The position numbers and the translations under genes were made by a program. The notes below the pieces were generated by a model that saw only the letters and a program-made list of their open reading frames with translations, ran no database searches and had not been told where the DNA came from. Shown piece after piece: positions 56,413 to 64,000 of a stretch of 64,000 nt of DNA. Each line of letters begins with the position of its first letter. The first letter of the stretch is position 1. This DNA is from Coleofasciculus sp. B1-GNL1-01 (GTDB taxonomy: Bacteria; Cyanobacteriota; Cyanobacteriia; Cyanobacteriales; Coleofasciculaceae): assembly GCA_040220235.1 (NCBI GenBank), contig JAVJTO010000013.1, one strand, 5' to 3'.

Positions 56413-59117
56413 AATCCCCCGGACTCAGGAATGGTAAAGTAAAATGTCGCGCCCTGACCGAATTCTGACTCCACCCATATCCGCCCTCGGTGACGTTCGA
56501 CAATCTTTTTACAAATTGCCAATCCTATCCCGGTTCCTGGATATTTTTGCCGTGTGTGCAGGCGCTGAAAGATAATAAAAATTCGCTCTTTATGTTTAGG
56601 CGCAATACCAATCCCGTTATCCTTCACCCAGAAGCACCATTCCCCATTTTCTAGCCTAGCCCCCACGTCAATGACCGGAGGCTGTTGACTGCGGTATTTA
56701 ATCGCATTACTCATCAGATTTTGAAAAAGCTGGATGAGTTGGGTTTCATCTGCCATCACCGATGGTAAAGTGTTAGAAGTGATCCGAGCATCAGTCTCCT
56801 GGATGATCATCTGGAGATTGGCGATCGCAGAATTTAATGCGGCATTACTATCAGTTAAGCGAAAGGCTCTGCCTTTTCTATCTACTCGCGAATACAGCAG
56901 CAAGTCATTGAGTAGGGTTTGCATCCGTTCTGCCCCATCAACAGCATAGTTGATGAATTTATCTGCTTCTGCATCTAAGCGCCCCTGATACAACTGTGCC
57001 AAAAGTTTTGTATAACTGGCGACCATGCGTAACGGTTCTTGCAAATCATGAGACGCTACATAGGCAAACTGTTCCAGTTCCGCATTCGAGCGTTCTAATT
57101 CCTGGCGTTGATGAACTTCTTGTTCCAGCAGTTGGGCTTGACCTAAAGCAATGCCCACCTGATCTGCCAATTGGCGGAGTAAATCAATTTCTCCACTCGT
57201 CCACTCTCGCCCAGATTGACACTGATGTACGATTAACAGACCCCAAAGGGCTGACCGTTGCAAAATTGGCACCACCAAATTGGCTTGCACATCAAACTGT
57301 TGCAGCAAGTCCCGATAACAGGGTTTAATATCTGCCTGGGCTACATTCGCGATCGCGGCAACTCTGCCGTTGCGGTATATCTCTCTGTATTGACGATCAA
57401 AGCACGGATCAGCGATGGTTTGTCCTAGAATAGCCGGAAAATCTGGCATCACCGCTTCTGTGACCACGGTTCCAGTACCATTGGTATCAAATTGATAAAT
57501 AATCACTCGGTCAGCTTCCAGAATTGTCTGGATTTCCTTCACCGTCGTTTGCAGAACCTCTTCGATTTGCAATGACTGACGAATCTTTTGGGTCATATCT
57601 ACCAGCAATTTCACTCGCCGATTTTGGCGCAATAGTTCAGCTTCAGTGTGCTGGCGTTCGACAATTTCACACTCCAGTTGCTGATTGGCTTGGGTAAGGG
57701 CGGCGGTGCGTTGGCGAACCCGGGCTTCGAGTTCTGTGTTCAGTTGCTTTTCCCGTTGATAAAGCTGATTTTGCATCACCGCCATGGACAGGTGCAGCCC
57801 CAAAGCCTGGATTAATTCAATGTCGTCTTCTGCCCACGGATTGACTTGACCCTGTTTAATTTCTCGCCACTCCTCAAAGGATTGCCGCACTCGGTCATTG
57901 CGTTCATCGGGATCAAACCGTCCTGCCCAAAGGATATCGGTTTCCATTTCATCCCGAAATAGGCTTAAAACCCCTAAGTAGTCTTCACCATACCCCAATG
58001 GCATCAACAGTAAACTGCGAATGGGCGTGTCTTGGAAGGCGTCGGTGACTCCAGCCAGTAGGGGTTCTTGATAGAGGTCAGTTAGGGTAAAAACCGGATG
58101 GGTGGTTGGTTGACCCCTGAGGGAGAGGCTTGTCGTCTCACCCATACAAGTTAAATCCGCTTTAACCGTCTGTTTCTGCTGCGTCCACATCTCCCAGGCT
58201 GGTTTCATCTGTTGCCATAAGCCCATAGTTTCCAAATCAACGCTGGGTTGAGTGCCACAGGTATACAGGTTGACGCTAGGGGTGGGTTCCGATAACGGTA
58301 GGTATAGTCTGCCCCCCGACGCCCCAACTGCCGCAACCATTTGTTCTAAGACTTTCGGTAACGTGGCTGACACCTGCCAAGACCCATGTAGCTGGGTGGC
58401 AATTTGATTCAGCAGAATCTCCCGTTGCGCTTTGGATTCGGCTTGACTGAGGAGGGTGGATTGGGCAATGGCGATCGAGACTTGGTTTGCCACCAGTTGC
58501 GCTACTTCCAAGTCGCTGAGGGAAAAGGGTTTTGGTTGAGCATGATGGGAGATGAGCAATCCCCAGAGGTTCTGACGATTGAGAATCGGCACCACCAGCG
58601 TAGACTGCACCCCCATATTGGTCAGGTATTCGACATGGCAGGGGTCTACAGGGCGTTGTAAAATATCTGCGATCGCGGTGTCCCTGACCTCTTGTACCGT
58701 TAAGTTTCCTGTGGTTTGAGGATTTTCCAGGTAGTTGAGCGTCATCTGTTCAGACGCCACATCCACAATTGTGCGAACCCCTGCCTTAATGAAGAGTTCA
58801 CGGGCGTGGGGAGGAATATCTGCTGCTGGAAAATGTAACCCCAGCAGTGAGGGCAGGTGATTTTGATAGATGGACTCGGCAATGACTTCCCCTGTCCCAT
58901 CTGGCGCAAAGCGATAGACTTTTACGCGATCGGTCTGTAAAAACGATCGCATTTCTGCCACAGTCGCCGATAGAATATCCATCAAATCCAGAGACTGACG
59001 GATACGATCAGTCATCCGGTGTAATAAAGCTTCTTGGGTCAGGGATGGTGGAGTGGGGTCTGATGCTTTTCGCTTACTCACAGTATTGATTCCCTGTAGA
59101 AGTTTAGGAAGCGTCAT
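56403..59117 (-). CDS. Knotless phytochrome (GAF-PHY) fused to a DXCF-type cyanobacteriochrome GAF and a histidine kinase
   Basis: GAF1 has HFPAADIPPHARELF (the DIP motif) and VDPCHVEYLTNMGVQSTLVVPI (Cys160-His). The PHY tongue motifs are LWAG and VRQSFEEW (aa 396-417). GAF3 has ADPCFDRQY (DXCF) plus IKPCYRDLLQQFDVQANLVVPI (Cys600). H-box is ASHDLQEPLR, with boxes LMSNAIKY / DNGIGI / GTGIGLAIC. Confidence 0.85.
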   Translation of the reverse strand: MTLPKLLQGINTVSKRKASDPTPPSLTQEALLHRMTDRIRQSLDLMDILSATVAEMRSFLQTDRVKVYRFAPDGTGEVIAESIYQNHLPSLLGLHFPAADIPPHARELFIKAGVRTIVDVASEQMTLNYLENPQTTGNLTVQEVRDTAIADILQRPVDPCHVEYLTNMGVQSTLVVPILNRQNLWGLLISHHAQPKPFSLSDLEVAQLVANQVSIAIAQSTLLSQAESKAQREILLNQIATQLHGSWQVSATLPKVLEQMVAAVGASGGRLYLPLSEPTPSVNLYTCGTQPSVDLETMGLWQQMKPAWEMWTQQKQTVKADLTCMGETTSLSLRGQPTTHPVFTLTDLYQEPLLAGVTDAFQDTPIRSLLLMPLGYGEDYLGVLSLFRDEMETDILWAGRFDPDERNDRVRQSFEEWREIKQGQVNPWAEDDIELIQALGLHLSMAVMQNQLYQREKQLNTELEARVRQRTAALTQANQQLECEIVERQHTEAELLRQNRRVKLLVDMTQKIRQSLQIEEVLQTTVKEIQTILEADRVIIYQFDTNGTGTVVTEAVMPDFPAILGQTIADPCFDRQYREIYRNGRVAAIANVAQADIKPCYRDLLQQFDVQANLVVPILQRSALWGLLIVHQCQSGREWTSGEIDLLRQLADQVGIALGQAQLLEQEVHQRQELERSNAELEQFAYVASHDLQEPLRMVASYTKLLAQLYQGRLDAEADKFINYAVDGAERMQTLLNDLLLYSRVDRKGRAFRLTDSNAALNSAIANLQMIIQETDARITSNTLPSVMADETQLIQLFQNLMSNAIKYRSQQPPVIDVGARLENGEWCFWVKDNGIGIAPKHKERIFIIFQRLHTRQKYPGTGIGLAICKKIVERHRGRIWVESEFGQGATFYFTIPESGGLCR

Positions 59118-59285
59118 TCAGCCTAATTCTGTCAAACTATAACATAGTTTTCGTCTATTTAAATCCGTAATTCCACGGACAGACATAGCGAGAGTTCCGG
59201 TTAATATTACCTTCTATCAATGGTAAGCATCAGAAGTTTTGATGAACTAGAAAAATCAATCAAAATAGGATGATTCGCGACCCAA

Positions 59286-60332
59286 TCACTCCGTTTTTCC
59301 CTGTTCGCTAACAGGATTCAGGAACTGTGCGATCGCCTGATTGAGTTGAGTGCGATCGTTCTTGTCTCGTCCAAACGCCGCCGCATGACCATAAACTGAG
59401 TTTAGCACCATAACTTGGGCATGAGGAATGAGTGCAGCTTCTGCAGTGACATCAGCGACAGCAAAATAGGCATCCGTGCGAATAGGTAGAAAGAGAACCT
59501 TTGCTTTTATACTCTTCAAAGCCTTTTCTAAACATCCATCCATACCCGGCGTAAAACTAACATCATGATTCGCCCAAGTTTGAAAATGACATAATAGGTC
59601 ATTCGCATCTTTTTCATGATAGCGAGTACGCCACTTCGCCAAAAATTCATCCAGAGAATTCGCCTGAGTATCAGGATATCTTTGATATACCTGTAAAGAA
59701 TAAAACTCTGGCGAAAAAGCCCAAGGTGCCCAAGCTTCAGACATGCGTGACAATCCCAGTAAGGGAGGTTCTGTATAATTCCCCTCTTGGAACGCCGGAT
59801 CAGAACGAATACAGGTGACTAAACTATTAAGAAATAGACGAACATGCCAAGTAGCGCGACAACTTCCGGCAATAACCACAGCGTTTTCTACCCTATCCGG
59901 ATAACTCACCGCCCATTGAATTGCCTGTTGTCCTCCCATACTCGCACCAACAACAGCACGAATCCTATTAACACCAAGATGATTGAGAAGTGCAGCTTGT
60001 AAATTCACATTATCCCGAATCGTTACCGCCGGAAAATTAGCACCATTAAACGGTGGCGACGTATTACTTGGAGAACTACTGCGCCCATTCCCCAACAACT
60101 CTGTATGAATAATCCAATTTTTTTTCGCATCTAACGCCAACTTAGCACCCCGCAGATAAGCCAAATCATAATAACTTTGTGCAAAAGCCGTACAAGTTAC
60201 AATTGGCGGTTGTGATGACGGTGTACCACTAATTCGATAAGCTAAATTCACATTAGGCAGTACAACACCAGATTCCAATTGAAAGCGCTCAAGTGTAAAC
60301 CTCTTAAACTTAGGTGCTGGAAAAATACCCAT
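59286..60332 (-). CDS. Alpha/beta hydrolase of the homoserine O-acetyltransferase (MetX) family
   Basis: 348 aa with the nucleophile elbow GASMGGQQA. The N-terminal ...FQLESGVVLPNVNLAYR resembles the MetX start. The substrate is not inferable. Confidence 0.7.
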   Translation of the reverse strand: MGIFPAPKFKRFTLERFQLESGVVLPNVNLAYRISGTPSSQPPIVTCTAFAQSYYDLAYLRGAKLALDAKKNWIIHTELLGNGRSSSPSNTSPPFNGANFPAVTIRDNVNLQAALLNHLGVNRIRAVVGASMGGQQAIQWAVSYPDRVENAVVIAGSCRATWHVRLFLNSLVTCIRSDPAFQEGNYTEPPLLGLSRMSEAWAPWAFSPEFYSLQVYQRYPDTQANSLDEFLAKWRTRYHEKDANDLLCHFQTWANHDVSFTPGMDGCLEKALKSIKAKVLFLPIRTDAYFAVADVTAEAALIPHAQVMVLNSVYGHAAAFGRDKNDRTQLNQAIAQFLNPVSEQGKTE

Positions 60333-60576
60333 TAGTTGTCATTCGTCAGTTGTTAGGGAACAGGGAATACCCACTTACAATGAGCATCAGCTTATATAAA
60401 GTTTATACTATAAAATTCAACCTCAAACATACCCAATTCCTCTGCGCCCCTCTGCGTTAACCTCTGCGTCCCTCTGCGTTGAAAAAATAGGTATAAATTT
60501 CCCATTATCGGGAACTTCCCAATAAAAAAATAGTCAACTTTATCCATAATCCTTTCCCTATAGCAGGTCTATTTCC

Positions 60577-61269
60577 ATGTTAAGTTATAATCGCTGGCGG
60601 TCAGAAATAGCTATCTTAATGGCGCTAGGCATAACCACAACAGCCTCACTTCCCATCCTCATCGCCATACCCGCAACAGCAAAACCCCAACCTTATCGTA
60701 TCGGGCAACTGTTTCCCTCACAACGGAACCCAGTCACCCCTCGTTCTACACAGGTCAGTGTACCATCAGGAACAGTCATTGCGGTTAAATCTGAGGACGC
60801 CGAAAAAATCGTCGTTACCCCCGATGAAACCGCACCCATCACCCTAACAATTACCCAGCCAATTCGTTCCTCAGCCGGAACAATTTTAATTCCCGCCGGG
60901 AGTCAAATTGAAGGAGAATTACGTCCAGTAGAAGGCGGAACTCAGTTTATCGCCAAACAGCTAATCCTGAAAACCAGTAATCGAGAATTGCCAATTGAAG
61001 CCACATCTGCGGTAATTACAGAAACCGAAACAATTGATAACGGAACTGATGTAAGTCGTATTCTCAAAAATGCCGCCATTGGTGCAGCCGCCGCCGGGGT
61101 TTTATCAGAACTATTTGGCGATATTGATTTAATTGAAGTTTTAGTCGGTGCTGGATTAGGCGCATTAGGCGGATTACTTTTAGGTGGAGGCGAACAAGCC
61201 GAAGTTTTCGTGATTTACCCAGAAACCGATTTAGAATTAACCTTAGATAGCGAATTAGTCTTGAGATAA
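60577..61269 (+). CDS. Secreted/anchored hypothetical protein with a glycine-zipper segment
   Basis: N-terminal hydrophobic segment and a beta-rich middle. Contains AAIGAAAAGVLSELFG...LVGAGLGALGGLLLGGG. Confidence 0.5.
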   Translation: MLSYNRWRSEIAILMALGITTTASLPILIAIPATAKPQPYRIGQLFPSQRNPVTPRSTQVSVPSGTVIAVKSEDAEKIVVTPDETAPITLTITQPIRSSAGTILIPAGSQIEGELRPVEGGTQFIAKQLILKTSNRELPIEATSAVITETETIDNGTDVSRILKNAAIGAAAAGVLSELFGDIDLIEVLVGAGLGALGGLLLGGGEQAEVFVIYPETDLELTLDSELVLR

Positions 61270-61376
61270 GGCTTGAGAGAAGGCAGAAGGTTCCAAGGGG
61301 AGGAGTAAGGTAGTAAGGAAAAAGTAGCCACGTCTTAAAGAGGGTGACAAAAGCTGATTTGTATAACAGGTTTAGT

Positions 61377-61439
61377 TGTAGGGGCGGGTTTTACCGTTAT
61401 CGGTTATGAGTAGACACAGATGTAAATAAACCCGCCCTT
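61377..61439. repeat. GGGCGGGTTT hairpin element
   Basis: TGTAGGGGCGGGTTTT ... AAACCCGCCCTT. Confidence 0.8.
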
Positions 61440-61493
61440 GCCCAAGGTTTATCCAGAAATAAAACCAAATTTTATAGCTCTAACTAACCTGGA

Positions 61494-61553
61494 GGTGGGC
61501 AAGAGCCAGAAACGATAACATAAGCACTTCAGGATTGATCACTCTTGCCCACC
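61494..61553. repeat. 12-bp inverted repeat GGTGGGCAAGAG - N36 - CTCTTGCCCACC
   Basis: Perfect arms read directly. It is a single copy in this window. Confidence 0.7.
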
Positions 61554-61583
61554 CTACATCTACATGAAATAACCGGGATATCC

Positions 61584-61721
61584 AAAGGACAAAGGACAAA
61601 TGACGTAGCTTGCTTCTCAAGGGAGCGAGTATGACGAATGACGAATGACAAAGGACAAATGACAAATGACAAATGACAAATGACAAATGACAAATGACAA
61701 ATGACAAATGACAAATGACCA
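61584..61721. repeat. Longest STRR array in the window (3 + 13 heptamer units ATGACAA/AAGGACA) around the GTAGCTTGCTTCTCAAGGGAGCGAGT core
   Basis: Read directly. It ends 2 nt from the stop codon at 61,724. ORFs 61480..61722 and 61529..61714 (CHLSFVICHLSFVI...) are artefacts. Confidence 0.95.
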
Positions 61722-61723
61722 AT

Positions 61724-63061
61724 TTATCCCCAAAACAAAGCCGAAAAAAGACAAGCCATAATTAATCCCGTTGCATCTGCCAATAAAGCCGCCACCAGTG
61801 CATAACGGATACGAGTAATACCAACAGCGCCAAAATAAACCGCCAACACATAAAACGTTGTTTCCGTACTCCCCATCATTGTCGAAGCCAAAAACGCACT
61901 ATAGGAATCGGGCGCCCTTTCCACAATTTCACTCATAATCCCAAACGCCCCTCCCCCAGAAAGAGGACGGATTAACGCCATTGGTAAAACTTCAGCAGGC
62001 ATCCCAATTAAACGGGTTATCGGATTTAATAAAGTCGAAAGCGCCTCCATCGCCCCTGACGCCCGAAACATACCAATTGCCACTAAAATAGCGACGAGAA
62101 ACGGAATAATCCGAATCGCAATCTCGAACCCCTGAACCGCTCCCTCTGTCACCGCTTCATACACTTTCACCCCGCGTCCAACCCCATAGGTGATAATCAA
62201 TAAAATTAATGTCGGAATCAGCCAATAGGAAATAAAATCTTGGTTGAAGAAACCACCTAAACTTTGACGGGTTATCACGCCATAAATCATGGAAAAGATG
62301 AACCCTGCAATAAACCCCCAGGCGATAATTTTAGAAATTCGACCTGCTGGATACAACAAATGGGAAAAATCTGGTTCTTCAACGGGCTTAACCTCATCCT
62401 CGGTTTGCAGCACCGTTTCTTGTTCTAAACTATCAGCAACAGTCGTATCCGATACTTGACTCCGTTTGCGTAAAAACAACGCCACTAACACCCCAACCAG
62501 CGTCGAACAAGTCGTAGACAAAAATGTCGGTAGCCAAATGGCAGCAGGATCACTACTATTTGCCGCCGCCCGCACCCCAATGACACCTAGAGGAAATAGA
62601 GCCACACTCGATGTATTAATCGCCAGAAACAGACACATCGCATCCGTTGCGGTTCCCGGAAATGGATTCAACTTATTTAACTCCACCATCGCCTTAATGC
62701 CAAACGGAGTCGCCGCATTCCCCAACCCCAGCATATTGGCAGAAATATTCAGAATCATCGCCCCCATCGCCGGATGGGTAGGGGGTACATCAGGAAAAAG
62801 TTTCACCATCAAGGGTTTGAGCAGAGTTGCCAGATTGTACATCAGCCCTCCGGCTTCCAAAACCCGCACTAATCCTAACCAAAGCGCCATAACCCCAATC
62901 AAACCAATGGCTAACTCGACAGCCGTTTTAGCCGATTCAAAACTGGCGTCAGTAATGGCTTGCATCTTGTCGGTATACCCGGCAAATAGGATAGCGACAG
63001 CAATAAAGCCGACAAAAACAATGTTGATAGCGCTGGGCTTCCTCGATGGTTGGGAGGACAT
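61724..63061 (-). CDS. Nucleoside-recognition-domain membrane protein (SpmA/SpmB-like fusion)
   Basis: Polytopic, with duplicated Gate-like halves (LIGVMALWLGLVRVLEAGG... and ...IRPLSGGGAFGIM...). I prefer the Met at 63,061 (MSSQPSRKPS), while the ORF track starts at 63,103. Confidence 0.75.
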   Translation of the reverse strand: MSSQPSRKPSAINIVFVGFIAVAILFAGYTDKMQAITDASFESAKTAVELAIGLIGVMALWLGLVRVLEAGGLMYNLATLLKPLMVKLFPDVPPTHPAMGAMILNISANMLGLGNAATPFGIKAMVELNKLNPFPGTATDAMCLFLAINTSSVALFPLGVIGVRAAANSSDPAAIWLPTFLSTTCSTLVGVLVALFLRKRSQVSDTTVADSLEQETVLQTEDEVKPVEEPDFSHLLYPAGRISKIIAWGFIAGFIFSMIYGVITRQSLGGFFNQDFISYWLIPTLILLIITYGVGRGVKVYEAVTEGAVQGFEIAIRIIPFLVAILVAIGMFRASGAMEALSTLLNPITRLIGMPAEVLPMALIRPLSGGGAFGIMSEIVERAPDSYSAFLASTMMGSTETTFYVLAVYFGAVGITRIRYALVAALLADATGLIMACLFSALFWG

Positions 63062-63227
63062 ACTCAATAACCGTAAATAGACAGACTCATAGAATAACGG
63101 CAAAAGACCGAAGGCAAAAGCCCTCAGTCTTTTAATGGCTCTATAATAATCAGTTCTAGATGCCTGTCGGCTACCAACAGTTCAATCAGTTCATAGGGAA
63201 ACGAAGCGTTTTCGTTAGAAGGATTAA

Positions 63228-63371
63228 CTACATTAAGCCGAGTTGTTGGAGAATGCCTTGCCCGGTGAGCAATTCGGTAGCGATACCAATGACGAAGCCC
63301 AGCATTGCCAAGCGACCATTCCAGGTTTCGGCAAATGAGGTAAAGCCAAACTTAGTTTCTTGTTCTTGCAT
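63228..63371 (-). CDS. hli: High-light-inducible protein (HLIP)
   Basis: My translation is MQEQETKFGFTSFAETWNGRLAMLGFVIGIATELLTGQGILQQLGLM, which contains the ExxNGRxAMxGF motif. At 47 aa it falls below the ORF-track cut-off. Confidence 0.85.
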   Translation of the reverse strand: MQEQETKFGFTSFAETWNGRLAMLGFVIGIATELLTGQGILQQLGLM

Positions 63372-63490
63372 GAGTGGTGTCTCCTGTATCTGTCTCTGTA
63401 ATAAAATTTAACTTAATTTTTCTAAAGCTGCAACATTTCTTTAGATTCATGAGCCACATGATATGATATGCAGATGATTGATGCTGCTTA

Positions 63491-63516
63491 TGTAGAGACG
63501 TGCCACGGCACGTCTA
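63491..63516. repeat. Palindromic repeat TGTAGAGACGTGCCACGGCACGTCTA
   Basis: Same family as the copies at 4.55, 23.9 and 47.0 kb. Confidence 0.8.
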
Positions 63517-63740
63517 GGATCAGGGGAAAGCAAGTGAAGGGTTAAGCGTAAGCCCCGACACCCGCCCGGAGTTCAAACTCCGGGCTAAAAGCTTAAGTCC
63601 ATTAAAATGGACTAAAACTAGAGATGCATTACTGCAAGCTTTTGGTTCCTTGGGGTGAAACCCAAGGCGGTTGGTGAGACTGGTGCAAGATGTAAGTTCA
63701 AACCGATTCAAAAAACGAGCGATCGCGCACAACTGTGATC

Positions 63741-64000
63741 ATGAAAATCCCTTTCATTCTCCCATTCAACACTGAAAACGTCGGTCGAGGCAGGTTGAGT
63801 CACATCGAGGTAGGAAAAAACACGATAAGAGTCAAACCCGTCCCTACAGTCCTGAAAACGCTTGTCTTAGCGATTTCCCTCGCCATCACTACAGGGTTCA
63901 CCCACACCACCCATGCAGCGAACCCCCAACACTTAGAACAACTCAAAACAACCAATAGTTGTCCTCAATGTGACTTAACTAATGCTGATTTAACCAATGC
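63741..64000 (+). CDS. Pentapeptide-repeat protein, N-terminal fragment (continues past the window end)
   Basis: ATG at 63,741. The sequence LVLAISLAITTGFTHTTHA|ANPQHLEQLKTTNSCPQCDLTNADLTN is the usual signal peptide plus NP..L.QL....C..CDL..A.L lead-in of cyanobacterial pentapeptide proteins. Confidence 0.7.
   Translation, partial: MKIPFILPFNTENVGRGRLSHIEVGKNTIRVKPVPTVLKTLVLAISLAITTGFTHTTHAANPQHLEQLKTTNSCPQCDLTNADLTN

Noticed and set aside
63565-63584. tRNA-like T-arm (GGAGTTCAAACTCC)
   Set aside because: It has a 7-bp stem with a 6-nt loop and no flanking acceptor, D or anticodon arms. It is not a tRNA or tmRNA.

Overview
This is a chromosomal segment of a cyanobacterium, probably a filamentous, repeat-rich lineage. 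The evidence is the HIP1 octamer GCGATCGC scattered throughout, STRR-type heptamer arrays and a phycobilisome core operon. About 50 protein-coding genes can be supported.

Core content:
- The allophycocyanin/core-membrane-linker operon apcE-apcA-apcB-apcC.
- A CyaC-type REC-GAF-GAF-HK-REC-adenylate cyclase.
- A group-3 (SigF-like) sigma factor heading a co-directional cluster with a PilP-like lipoprotein and a 1009-aa acidic low-complexity protein.
- ftsW, ald, dtd, a Doc/AbrB toxin-antitoxin pair and a cation/proton antiporter-Usp fusion.
- Two HLIP genes below the ORF-track size cut-off.
- Ten further dedicated two-component genes. Five form a minus-strand cascade led by a knotless phytochrome (GAF-PHY) fused to a DXCF cyanobacteriochrome GAF and a histidine kinase.

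Most noteworthy accessory content:
- (i) A ~4.3 kb AT-rich, HIP1-free, repeat-free insertion at 16.4-20.7 kb. It carries a 1016-aa gamma-class N6-adenine DNA methyltransferase overlapped by a 221-aa PD-(D/E)xK-like ORF. This is a candidate split type IIG-like restriction/defence module.
- (ii) A pilin / PapD-like chaperone / usher-like operon at 30.5-35.3 kb. It resembles archaic (sigma) chaperone-usher fimbriae and sits next to a divergent HK / REC-DHp / LuxR trio.

I recognised no rRNA, tRNA, CRISPR array, transposase or integrase. Intergenic DNA is saturated with several families of short repeats: heptamer STRR arrays, G-rich 9-mer arrays, GGGCGGGTTT hairpin elements, two MITE families with terminal inverted repeats, and palindromes. 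Some of these enter coding sequence in frame. All composition statements are by-eye estimates, and all homology calls come from motif recognition without database searches.
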